DNA from: an uncultured Agathobacter sp.
Lineage (GTDB): Bacteria; Bacillota; Clostridia; Lachnospirales; Lachnospiraceae
DNA length: 64,000 nucleotides
Assembly (NCBI GenBank): GCA_934359755.1
Contig: CAKRLV010000009.1
Location: 35,139-99,138, forward strand
Reading direction: 5' to 3'
The notes under the pieces were generated by a model, which ran no database searches, had not been told where the DNA came from, and saw only the letters and a program-made list of their open reading frames with translations. Below, in pieces: positions 10,345 through 19,710 of this stretch. The first letter of the stretch is position 1. The number at the start of each line of letters is the position of its first letter. The translations under genes were made by a program, and so were the position numbers.

Positions 10345-11277
10345 TTATTTTCTTCCATGTTTCCTACCTGGTGCATCAATCTTTCTTGCTGTAAAAAACA
10401 AAAATAAGAAACCGATAACAATCATCACAATAGAACCAAACAATGTCCAGTGACTCATTACAAAATCAAATCCCGATGCATTATCTGCAAGTTCAAATAA
10501 TCTTGCCGATATGGCATTTACTATTCCCACTGTTGAATTTGATGTCAGAAGCGAATTAATGGATGTAATAAAAGGATCAAATAACAGAAGAAGTCCTGAC
10601 CATCCCATATACACACTACCTACTGTCTGATTAGTATTTGCAGCTGCCAGAAGCTGGCTATTGTAACGCATCGTATATATCACAATATAAATAATAAGTG
10701 GAACAATATAAAATATTGCTTCCATAAGCATTGTCATGATTACCGATACTATGGTCTTCTTAAACATAGCAGAACACCACACCCCGATTGCACCAACGAA
10801 AAATGCTAAAAGCATAATATCTACAATAAATATCAACAGATAATGCCACTCAATTCCACCATAGAGAAAACAAAGAGACAATGCTGGAAGTGTTCCTATG
10901 ATAAACATAAATACATTTGCAAGTGCCGCTGTAAGTTTACCGGCTGCAATCGAAAAAGAGGATATTGGTGCTGTAAGAAGAATATCAAGAGTCTGTCTCT
11001 CCCTCTCTCCCGCAATACTGCTTGCTGTTATGACGGGTACTATTATGCATATCATGACTACCTGACCTATTGCAAGTCCCACAAAACTTGTGTTCATTCC
11101 AGAATATGAGACTGTAGCTCCAGAACCATATCCGAAATCTCCTGCGTTCATAATCATGAGAAAAAATGATATTGCCGCAAATGCCATAGAATAAAATGCT
11201 ATACTAAGAGGAAATCTAAATGTCCTTGCTCCAAGCTTAAATTCCTTCTTGAGAATTGGATTAATTTTTATTTTCAT
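10345..11277 (-). CDS. ABC-2 family transporter permease
   Basis: Six hydrophobic TM segments. Start at MKIKINPILKKEF (11277) is preceded by GGAGG and overlaps the upstream ATPase gene. Confidence 0.7.
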   Translation of the reverse strand: MKIKINPILKKEFKLGARTFRFPLSIAFYSMAFAAISFFLMIMNAGDFGYGSGATVSYSGMNTSFVGLAIGQVVMICIIVPVITASSIAGERERQTLDILLTAPISSFSIAAGKLTAALANVFMFIIGTLPALSLCFLYGGIEWHYLLIFIVDIMLLAFFVGAIGVWCSAMFKKTIVSVIMTMLMEAIFYIVPLIIYIVIYTMRYNSQLLAAANTNQTVGSVYMGWSGLLLLFDPFITSINSLLTSNSTVGIVNAISARLFELADNASGFDFVMSHWTLFGSIVMIVIGFLFLFFTARKIDAPGRKHGRK

Positions 11278-12214
11278 TACTATTTCCTCCCACACCATTT
11301 TCGCTTGTAAGCTCTAAGAAAAGCGACTCAAGATTTCCTTTTTCCTTATAGAAACTCTCCACCAGAATTTCCTGCGCCATCATTCTTTGCAGAAGTCTTG
11401 CTGTCTCCATCTCATCTCCCATATAATCAGCAACAATATAATCTTCTCTCTCCGATACGTGCTTCGTCTTTGGATCCTCTCTTAGGATCTTTATTGTCTC
11501 CTCTTTGTGATCTAAGACTTTGATATTAAGCGGTCTTGCATGAAGTGCTTCCATCTGTATCTCATCTACAGTTCCATGCATGATAAGCTTTCCATGCTGC
11601 ATAATTCCTATTGTCGTACACATATCTGCAAGTTCAGGGAGAATATGTGAACTTATGATAACAGTCTTTCCCATTGAACCTAGATTTTTCATAATCTCTT
11701 TCATCTCAAATCTTGCTCTTGGATCAAGCCCTGACGCCGGCTCATCGAGAATGAGAAGGTCCGGATTGTGCACCAGGCTTCTTGCCAGACAGAGTCTTTG
11801 CTTCATGCCTCGCGACAGGCTGTCTACATAACACTCTGTCTTGTCAGATAAATTCACAAGTTCCATAAGATTTAAGCTGGTCTGTCTTGCCTCTTTTCCT
11901 ACAATTCCGTACATAGATGCGTAAAATTCCATATATTCTATAGCCTTGAGATTATCATATGTTCCAAAGAAATCCGGCATATAACCAATCTTTCTTTTTA
12001 TCTCTTTTCTATTTGCAAAGGCATCAATTCCATCAATATAGACATCTCCTGATGTTGCCGCCAGAAGTCCCGCTACAATCTTCATAGTAGTTGTCTTGCC
12101 TGCTCCGTTGTGTCCAACGAAGCCAAACAACTCTCCCTTTTCAATGTGAAGATCTAAATTATCTACTGCGGTGAACTTTCCAAATGTCTTATTTAACTGC
12201 TTTATCTCTAACAT
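11261..12214 (-). CDS. ABC transporter ATP-binding protein
   Basis: Walker A GHNGAGKTT, signature LSRGMKQRLCLARSL, Walker B LLILDEP. Confidence 0.9.
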   Translation of the reverse strand: MLEIKQLNKTFGKFTAVDNLDLHIEKGELFGFVGHNGAGKTTTMKIVAGLLAATSGDVYIDGIDAFANRKEIKRKIGYMPDFFGTYDNLKAIEYMEFYASMYGIVGKEARQTSLNLMELVNLSDKTECYVDSLSRGMKQRLCLARSLVHNPDLLILDEPASGLDPRARFEMKEIMKNLGSMGKTVIISSHILPELADMCTTIGIMQHGKLIMHGTVDEIQMEALHARPLNIKVLDHKEETIKILREDPKTKHVSEREDYIVADYMGDEMETARLLQRMMAQEILVESFYKEKGNLESLFLELTSENGVGGNSNENKN

Positions 12215-14670
12215 TATTCTTCTCCTCCTACCACAGTGATAAATGGTGCATAGTCTTCATTTACAGTCTTTATTGTGAATTTAAGCTTTATTATTCCATC
12301 TTCACCCAAATACGGACAATCATCTTTAAACTTCATGATAATATCGTCAGTGAAAATTTCATCATATTGCTGTGTCTTATAATTCCATGCATATATTTTG
12401 GTATTCTTTGTATTTCCATATTTTCTATCAGAATCCTTCGCTCTTATAAGCGCATATACTTTCTTTACATCCTCTCCCAGATTAAACCCGACTTCTACCT
12501 CCTGTGCATATATCTGTCCATCGTTCATATCCCATGTATCTGTCTGATTTGCATACGAAAAAAGATTAAGCACCCTGGCATCCTCGTAATCACTGTAGCC
12601 GACATTTTCCCGTTTTACATATGCGCCTTTGTTATACTCCTCGACATTATTGTCCGCAATATAATCACATTCATATTCATCAATATATCCAATTGTATAT
12701 ATTTCTGATCTGTTTGTATCGAGTCCATTGTAATATTTACCAAGCATAGAATATGTTGTAATAATCTGATTATATATTTCGCTTTGTTGATCAATGTCTT
12801 TATATTTTATACTGTTCGTGTCCATATCAAAGAAACTTTCATTCTGCTGTTCACCAAATTCAACGCTCTGTCCCTTCTTGATATCCCCAAGTGGAACTGC
12901 TTTGCCATAAGCAAGTACACACACCTGCTTCATATCGTATCCGCTTTTATTTGTAACCTTGCCACTTATACCTGATACAGTTCTCTTATATTCAGTCTGC
13001 AATCCATCTTTTGCATTGGACTCTCCTGTATACTCAAAATTGATATATTTTGTCTGGAAAGTACGCTGATTGTCATACCCTAAGACATATCCATCTGCCC
13101 CTTCTTTAACTGATGATGTATAATCATCGTTCCAGTCAATTTTACTTCCATCACCATCATAATAAACATTGTTGATATCGTATATCTTAAGCTGTGACAT
13201 TCCTTCATTTGTCTTTACTTCTGTATGGCTTGTTCCAGGTACCATTATTCCAAGAGAAGCTGTTGTTGAAGTTGTTCTCTCATCGTCATCAACCTGGTCA
13301 TATATGACTGTAATTGATTTTGATATTGGATACCTTATTCTTATATCTGAATTTACCACAAAAATAATTACTGTAAAACAAATCGAACTGAGTGGAATTA
13401 TAATCCACAGTAATTCTCTCTTATCAAGCTTCTTAAGTACAAAATAAATAATAGGACTAAAAAGAATAAAGATTATCAGAACAATCATAATCGCTGTAAA
13501 ATGTGGAAATTTATCATCCATCGCATTGTCGATTACATTGCAGGTACTCCATAAATCATCACCAGCACCATAGCTGATATTTGCCACTCTCTGTGCAGCA
13601 TAGCCAGTTGCCGACTTATTGAATAGATTAGTCGCAAATGTTCCTTTATCTGCCCAGCTTACAATTGGCTCCATCCCAAGATTGAATCCTGTAAAAATAA
13701 TCGAGCCTTTATTGTATTCATACCTTTTTATAAGGGAACTCTCTGATATTATTCCTTTAGCACTTGATGCACCCTTGATTTGTGGCTCAATAAGTCCGCT
13801 TTCATCAGTAAACGTGATATTTTTGTCCTCACCTTTTGCCAACGTGTCAGTGGCTTGAAACTTTGCCGAAATGCTTTTTGCATTTTCTATAGATAAGACA
13901 TCTTCAAATCCTGATACAGTCTGTTTATAATCATTTCCTCCACCGATGATAAGTGTTCCACCTTTGCTCACCCAGTCTTTTATTGCACTACGCTGGGCGT
14001 CTGTAAGATTGGTTGTATCATAACTGTTTATGATAAGATATGATAATATTTCAATTCCAGATGCCTGATCTGGAATCATATCTGCATTTAACTCCAAAAG
14101 CTGTGATTTTCCATCATAATATCCATTTGATATTTTCGCACCATCAAGATAGTTAAGAGCTGTGTAATCATCGCTCAAAACTCCTACCAGCGCATTTTGA
14201 TTTGCTCCACTGCCAATCTTCACTGGTACATCTACTATTGACTTTCCCTTTTCATTCTCAAGCTGAAAAGTAAGCTTGCTTGTAGAATTTGAGCTATACA
14301 CAGACATTGAAATATGCTTTGAACTATCCTTTGTCAAAAGGATTTCTTTCTCATATGCAATAGCCTCTATACCATCGTTTGTACTTCCCGGAACAATCAT
14401 TCTTATTGTTCCTGTGAAATCGGCATTCTTGCTTTTGATGTCTATATTTACCGGAATGGCTGAATTATATTTATACTGACCGCGTATTCCACACACTACC
14501 GTTATGTCAAAGTCTTCTGTGCTGATGTTGCCCTTTGCATCAGTAGCTTTTGTGTCGGTATTTGGCTGACTTATTTGGGTTTCTGTGCTTTCTGCTGCGT
14601 AGACATTCGCCTGCGTGCCTATCAATGTAAGCAGTGTAAGCAACAATACAAATTTCCTTATTCTTTTCAT
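12214..14670 (-). CDS. Large exported/membrane-anchored protein, possibly GldG-like ABC-transporter auxiliary component
   Basis: Signal peptide, a single TM helix near residue 480 (FTAIMIVLIIFILFSPIIYFVL), and a GGTLIIGGG segment reminiscent of the GATase1-like fold of GldG/DUF4350 proteins. First gene of the ABC-2 / MoxR operon. Confidence 0.4.
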   Translation of the reverse strand: MKRIRKFVLLLTLLTLIGTQANVYAAESTETQISQPNTDTKATDAKGNISTEDFDITVVCGIRGQYKYNSAIPVNIDIKSKNADFTGTIRMIVPGSTNDGIEAIAYEKEILLTKDSSKHISMSVYSSNSTSKLTFQLENEKGKSIVDVPVKIGSGANQNALVGVLSDDYTALNYLDGAKISNGYYDGKSQLLELNADMIPDQASGIEILSYLIINSYDTTNLTDAQRSAIKDWVSKGGTLIIGGGNDYKQTVSGFEDVLSIENAKSISAKFQATDTLAKGEDKNITFTDESGLIEPQIKGASSAKGIISESSLIKRYEYNKGSIIFTGFNLGMEPIVSWADKGTFATNLFNKSATGYAAQRVANISYGAGDDLWSTCNVIDNAMDDKFPHFTAIMIVLIIFILFSPIIYFVLKKLDKRELLWIIIPLSSICFTVIIFVVNSDIRIRYPISKSITVIYDQVDDDERTTSTTASLGIMVPGTSHTEVKTNEGMSQLKIYDINNVYYDGDGSKIDWNDDYTSSVKEGADGYVLGYDNQRTFQTKYINFEYTGESNAKDGLQTEYKRTVSGISGKVTNKSGYDMKQVCVLAYGKAVPLGDIKKGQSVEFGEQQNESFFDMDTNSIKYKDIDQQSEIYNQIITTYSMLGKYYNGLDTNRSEIYTIGYIDEYECDYIADNNVEEYNKGAYVKRENVGYSDYEDARVLNLFSYANQTDTWDMNDGQIYAQEVEVGFNLGEDVKKVYALIRAKDSDRKYGNTKNTKIYAWNYKTQQYDEIFTDDIIMKFKDDCPYLGEDGIIKLKFTIKTVNEDYAPFITVVGGEE

Positions 14671-14892
14671 ATCTTTTCCCTTTCATTTTTAATTTCTATT
14701 TAAGTAGTGGCTCGTAATGAGGTAATTTTAGTATTCTGAGGGGATGGGACTTAGTGCTGTGAATATAATCAAGGATGTGGCTATTGTATTTTTTGTGCGC
14801 TCCAAGTCCTCGTGTTAAGATACTCTAAATAATTCAATTTAGAATATCTATAAGTGACGTGTCGCTCATATTCGCCGTCCTGGCTCAGTGAA

Positions 14893-15242
14893 TCTTTACA
14901 GGATTTGCATTCTTCGCACTTCACAACCTGAAATTGCTTTGCACTACACAATGTATCTGTCGGAGAGCATGTATGTGTTCCGAAGAAAACAAATACGGAC
15001 TACACCGAGGCTCCGCTACGTATGGCAAACACAATAACGTAGCAAGCAACAAAAATCTATCCTTAATCAGGCTCGGGGTTAATTCCGTATTTTTTTCTGA
15101 GGAATATCGTACATGCTATGCCGACATCCAACACACCCGAAGTGCAAAGCACTACAAACCTCAAAGTGCAAAGCTTTACAAAACTCAAAGTGCAAAGCAC
15201 TACAAACCTCAAAGTGCGAAGCTACCACTCATGTAAACAGGA
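14893..15242 (+). mobile_element. MITE-like intergenic element, copy A (about 350 bp), with terminal inverted repeats and internal roughly 24-bp tandem repeats
   Basis: Left end TTTACAGGATTTGCATTCTTCGCACTT and right end AAGTGCGAAGCTACCACTCATGTAAACAGG are inverted repeats of each other. The body is about 90% identical to the reverse complement of 52007-52332. Internal repeats are AAAGTGCAAAGCACTACAAACCTC-like units (x4). Confidence 0.7.
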
Positions 15243-15385
15243 GTTGCCTCATGGACATATTATAGCAAAAAAAGATTAAGATGAAACTCTGAAAACATTT
15301 AAGATTTTATTAAGAAATAAGTGCGCCACAAAAAGTATTATGCTAAACTAAAACCATAAATTCTGACAGCATACGGAGGACAATT

Positions 15386-16057
15386 ATGAGATTATTACTA
15401 GCCGAAGATGAAAAAGAACTCAGCAATGCTCTTGTTACCGTTCTCAAGCATAATAACTATTCTGTTGACGCAGTATACAATGGTCAGGATGCACTTGATT
15501 ATCTCGAGACCGAGAACTATGATGGTGCAATTCTTGATATCATGATGCCCAAAATGGACGGACTTACTGTGCTTAAGACTATACGCTCTCACGGAAATTC
15601 TGTACCGGTTCTTCTTCTGACTGCCAGGTCGGAAATCGATGATCGTGTTGAGGGACTTGACTGTGGCGCTGATGATTATCTTACTAAACCTTTTTCCATG
15701 AAGGAACTTCTCGCAAGGATACGTGCCATGACAAGGCGAAAAACTGACACAACCGATTCTGTCTTAAAGTATTCGGATATCGAACTTGATCGTTCCACAT
15801 ATCAGCTTTCAAGTAAAGGAAAAGAACTACGGCTTGCAAGTAAGGAATATCAGATGCTTGAAATGCTTATGGTTAATCCTGGACAAATTATATCTGCCAA
15901 TCAGTTCATGGACAGAATCTGGGGCTATGACAGCGAGGCTGAGATGAATGTAGTATGGGTATATATTTCTTATCTGCGAAAAAAACTTGCCTCGATTGAT
16001 TCATCCGTCCAGATAAAAGCAACCCGTGGACTTGGATACTCTCTGGAGGAAAAATAA
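15386..16057 (+). CDS. OmpR-family two-component response regulator
   Basis: Receiver domain (LLAEDE...D) plus a winged-helix C-terminal domain. Confidence 0.9.
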   Translation: MRLLLAEDEKELSNALVTVLKHNNYSVDAVYNGQDALDYLETENYDGAILDIMMPKMDGLTVLKTIRSHGNSVPVLLLTARSEIDDRVEGLDCGADDYLTKPFSMKELLARIRAMTRRKTDTTDSVLKYSDIELDRSTYQLSSKGKELRLASKEYQMLEMLMVNPGQIISANQFMDRIWGYDSEAEMNVVWVYISYLRKKLASIDSSVQIKATRGLGYSLEEK

Positions 16058-17349
16058 TGCTAAAGACGCTAAAGAAAAAATTCATAATGGCAGCGATGGT
16101 TTCTACCACTATTGTCCTTTTTATAATAATTGGAGGTATTAATCTGGCCAACTATATTAATGTAAACAACAGTATAGATTCCAAGCTGCAGATGATTTCT
16201 GACAATGATGGGCACCTTCTTACACCAGATACTTCCACAGTATCCGACTCCACGGAGAATTCTAGAAGTGGACAATTTCCTGATAGCAACCAGACTCCGC
16301 CTGATAAGAAATCGCATGAGGGACAGCATTTTCCCCGTGAAACTGCTTTCGACACAAGATATTTTACCGTCACCTTAAAAAGTGATGGCTCTGTATCCTC
16401 AATCGACACTGGTAAAATATATGCAATAGATACCGAGACCGCATCAGAATATGCTACAAGCCTTTTTTCCAGAAATAAACAGGAAGGTTCCATTGATAAT
16501 TACAAATACAAGGCCTATGATTCCAACTCCGATGATACAATCATGTATATCTTCATAGACTGCGAACGTGAATTTAGAAATCTAAATTCTTTTCTGATGG
16601 CCAGTGTTGGAATGAGCCTTTTAGGACTGCTTCTTGTCTTTATCCTTGTTTTCTTCTTGTCAAACAGGATTGTAAAGCCAATTGCCGAAAGCTACGCAAA
16701 GCAGAAACGTTTTATCACAGACGCAAGCCACGAACTCAAGACTCCGCTTACCATAATAGATGCCAACACCGAAGTTCTTGAGATGACCACTGGTGAAAAT
16801 GAATGGACCAACAGCATCCGAAATCAGACCCGGCGACTTGCTTCTCTTACCGAGAAACTTGTTTTTCTTGCCAGAATGGACGAGGAAAACGTCAAGCTCA
16901 CTCTAAATAATTTCTGCATCTCAGATGCCATTTATGATTCTGCTGAACCTTTTATTTCAGTTGCAAATTCCAAAGGAAAAGAGCTTACAATTGATGTGGA
17001 TAATGACATCAATTATACTGGTGACGAAAAAAACATACGACAGCTTGTCTCGATTCTTCTGGATAATGCTATCAAGTATTCGGCTGACAATGGTTCTATC
17101 AAGTTGAACTTTTATGAACAAGGCAAAAACAAGATACTTACTGTATGGAATACTGTAGATGAGATTTCTCCAGGCAAACTCGATGTACTTTTTGAAAGAT
17201 TTTACCGAACAGACTCATCTCATAACTCACAGACCGGTGGCTTTGGAATAGGACTTTCTATTGCCCTTGCAATTGTAAATGCTCATAAAGGGAAAATCAC
17301 AGCCAAAAGTGATGATGGAAAAAGTATACGATTTGTTGTAACATTATAA
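16057..17349 (+). CDS. Sensor histidine kinase
   Basis: N-terminal TM helix, an extracellular Ser/Thr-rich domain, a second TM helix, HisKA motif FITDASHELKTPLT, and HATPase_c motifs (GGFGIGLSIA). The start overlaps the response-regulator stop. Confidence 0.9.
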   Translation: MLKTLKKKFIMAAMVSTTIVLFIIIGGINLANYINVNNSIDSKLQMISDNDGHLLTPDTSTVSDSTENSRSGQFPDSNQTPPDKKSHEGQHFPRETAFDTRYFTVTLKSDGSVSSIDTGKIYAIDTETASEYATSLFSRNKQEGSIDNYKYKAYDSNSDDTIMYIFIDCEREFRNLNSFLMASVGMSLLGLLLVFILVFFLSNRIVKPIAESYAKQKRFITDASHELKTPLTIIDANTEVLEMTTGENEWTNSIRNQTRRLASLTEKLVFLARMDEENVKLTLNNFCISDAIYDSAEPFISVANSKGKELTIDVDNDINYTGDEKNIRQLVSILLDNAIKYSADNGSIKLNFYEQGKNKILTVWNTVDEISPGKLDVLFERFYRTDSSHNSQTGGFGIGLSIALAIVNAHKGKITAKSDDGKSIRFVVTL

Positions 17350-17461
17350 ATATGATTAAAGAGGTCAAAAGGTATCATCGATACACATAGTAATCTGATT
17401 AATCACAATGAGAGGCAAATACCTTTTGACTCTCATATCAAAATATATAAAGGAGGTTCAC

Positions 17462-17686
17462 ATGGATATTTACGAAAAGATAGATTTGTACGATTGTCCA
17501 CTTTGCGGTGGCGGCGCACTTCTTGAAGAAGAAAACGGCTGCTCATACTATGTCATGTGCATGGAATGTGGCTGTCACTCAGTCAATATCGACTTCAAAT
17601 CTGATGAAGACAGACTGCAGGCTGCAGAGCGTACTGCACTTTTATGGAATACGGGTAAGGTTATTTCAAGCAGCCCTGGAGAATAA
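17462..17686 (+). CDS. Small zinc-ribbon protein, Lar (restriction alleviation)-like
   Basis: 74 aa with CPLCGG and CMECGC motifs. Strong RBS AAAGGAGG 8 nt upstream of the MDIYEK start. The ORF-track start at 17408 is upstream of the RBS. Confidence 0.5.
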   Translation: MDIYEKIDLYDCPLCGGGALLEEENGCSYYVMCMECGCHSVNIDFKSDEDRLQAAERTALLWNTGKVISSSPGE

Positions 17687-17689
17687 AAA

Positions 17690-17722
17690 TAAGGTCAGAA
17701 GATTTTATTTCTTCTGACCTTT
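17690..17722. terminator. Bidirectional rho-independent terminator
   Basis: AGGTCAGAAGATTTTATTTCTTCTGACCTTTTTT hairpin between convergent genes. Confidence 0.7.
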
Positions 17723-17751
17723 TTTACGTCTCTTTAAAGCTTGCTTAATAT

Positions 17752-19710
17752 TTATGCTCCTTGGCGCATGTTTCTTGATATATTACTATAAATTATATTG
17801 TCGAGGCTTATTGAAGTCGTTGTGTCTCCTGCTTTAAGGGTATATGTCTCACCTGTCTTAAGCATTGATGAACTTATCTGCACGCAGTCATAACTTTTTG
17901 CTGGTGTATAACTTATTATCTCATTTCCATCGCTGTCAGTAAGCACCACTTCTCCACTTATATTATCATCAGATACCTGGACGTTAATCATAGCCTGCTC
18001 TGATGAGGTGTCAAACTCTTCCACCATTCCAGCACATCCAATTGCAATCACTGTTCCGCCATTTATATATCCATTTGCGCCATCACCGATATCTATTGCG
18101 GAATTTCCATCGTTTGCGGGACCATCTATGGTAAGTTCTCCACCATTTATTTTTATATCTCCATTTGAATCTATTCCATCACCCTCTGCATTTACATAAA
18201 CAGTTCCACCATTTATCTCAATGAGACTACTCACAGAAGTGTCATCACCTGCAGCGTTTATACCATCGTCACTTGATACGATTTTTATATCTCCACCATC
18301 TACTGTGACTGTGATACCTTCAAGACCTTCGTAGGATTTCGATATATCGATACTTCCATCTGACACCAGAAGTGCTCCATCTGCATGCATTGCATCATCA
18401 CCTGATGATATAGTAAAAGTTCCTCCTGAAACAGTCATTGCCATATTTGTCTGGAATGAATCATCTGCACTGTCCACATTGAACGTTCCACCATTTATAT
18501 ACAGATTATTATCCGCCTTTATACCTTTAGTCGATACCGTGTCGCTGCTGTCACTTGTACTATTATCCGTATCGGCGTTCTTATCTGTACTTACGCTCTT
18601 ATTATCACTTGTGCTGTTGCCTGTACTATTTGTATCATTCTCTGAATTTTCATCACCTGACTTTTCACTTTCTGATTCGTTGCCACCTGGCATATCACCA
18701 CTTGGTTTTTCTCCACCTGGCATATCACCACCTGGTTTTTCTCCACCTGGCATATCACCACTTGGTCTCTCTCCTCCTTTTCCACCGCCTGGTCCCATAT
18801 TGTGTGTCTTTGTTGAATTAGCACTACCCCCACCAGCAACAATATTTACTTCACCATCATCCACCTGTACTACATTTGAGGCATCGATTCCATCACCTGT
18901 GCTTGTTATATCAAGCTTTCCACCAGATATATACACAAAACCTTTGCCCGCATCTTCAGTATTATCACTGTGAATTCCATCTTTTCCAGCTGTTATTGTG
19001 ATAGTTCCGTCTGCAATTCTTACACTGTCCTTACCCTCGAGTCCATGTCCTGATGCAGTGATATTGTATGTACCACTGATTATTTTGAGGTCATCCTTGG
19101 ATGTAATTCCATTGCCATCTTCTGTGCTTACAGTCAGACTTCCTTTTCCGTTTAATGTGATGTCCTCCTTTGAAAAAATAACAGCGTCTATGTTATTGTC
19201 ATCATCTGTCTCAAAAGTTCCAGATGTCGTAAGTTTATTTTCTGTACCATCTGCTAATGTCACAAATACCTTATCTGCGCTCTTTACATATATTGCTGAG
19301 CTTGACTTCTTTGTGATATCCACACCATTTAATACAAGCTGCACTTTCGCAGCGTCAGCATCAACTACAATCTGTCCATCCGAAAGATTACCTGACAATA
19401 CATAAGTACCTTCCTGCGTTATGGTAATGGTACTTCCATCAATTGTCACATTCCTGGAATCACAGCTTGCAGATGAATCACTAAGTTCTATGCTTACTGC
19501 ACTTGTATCATCATATCCAATCTCTTTATCCCTGTCCGTAAACATCTCTGACGCATCTAACTGACCAGACGATGTGGCGGTGGCAGTTGCTTCTGTTTCT
19601 GTATTATTTTTTGTTGTGCTAATGGCACTGGCCGCTACACACGCACTAAGTAAACCCATGAGCGTTGCAGCACATAACAGTGCACATATTTTCTTCATTC
19701 TATAACTCAT
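17752..19710 (-). CDS. Lipoprotein with right-handed beta-helix-like repeats (carbohydrate-binding-domain-like) and PGGEKP/GDMPGG linker repeats
   Basis: Lipobox LLSAC. Many GxT/DGI repeats. Triple 30-bp DNA repeat encoding GDMPGGEKP at 18690-18780. Confidence 0.55.
   Translation of the reverse strand: MSYRMKKICALLCAATLMGLLSACVAASAISTTKNNTETEATATATSSGQLDASEMFTDRDKEIGYDDTSAVSIELSDSSASCDSRNVTIDGSTITITQEGTYVLSGNLSDGQIVVDADAAKVQLVLNGVDITKKSSSAIYVKSADKVFVTLADGTENKLTTSGTFETDDDNNIDAVIFSKEDITLNGKGSLTVSTEDGNGITSKDDLKIISGTYNITASGHGLEGKDSVRIADGTITITAGKDGIHSDNTEDAGKGFVYISGGKLDITSTGDGIDASNVVQVDDGEVNIVAGGGSANSTKTHNMGPGGGKGGERPSGDMPGGEKPGGDMPGGEKPSGDMPGGNESESEKSGDENSENDTNSTGNSTSDNKSVSTDKNADTDNSTSDSSDTVSTKGIKADNNLYINGGTFNVDSADDSFQTNMAMTVSGGTFTISSGDDAMHADGALLVSDGSIDISKSYEGLEGITVTVDGGDIKIVSSDDGINAAGDDTSVSSLIEINGGTVYVNAEGDGIDSNGDIKINGGELTIDGPANDGNSAIDIGDGANGYINGGTVIAIGCAGMVEEFDTSSEQAMINVQVSDDNISGEVVLTDSDGNEIISYTPAKSYDCVQISSSMLKTGETYTLKAGDTTTSISLDNIIYSNISRNMRQGA

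Noticed and set aside
14934-15236. 100-aa ORF (and its 91-aa counterpart at 52012-52287) as a conserved protein-coding gene
   Set aside because: Both lie entirely inside the two copies of the TIR-bounded repeat. The similarity is explained by DNA identity of the element. There is no RBS or start context, so they are not called as CDS. The open frame is noted in the findings instead.
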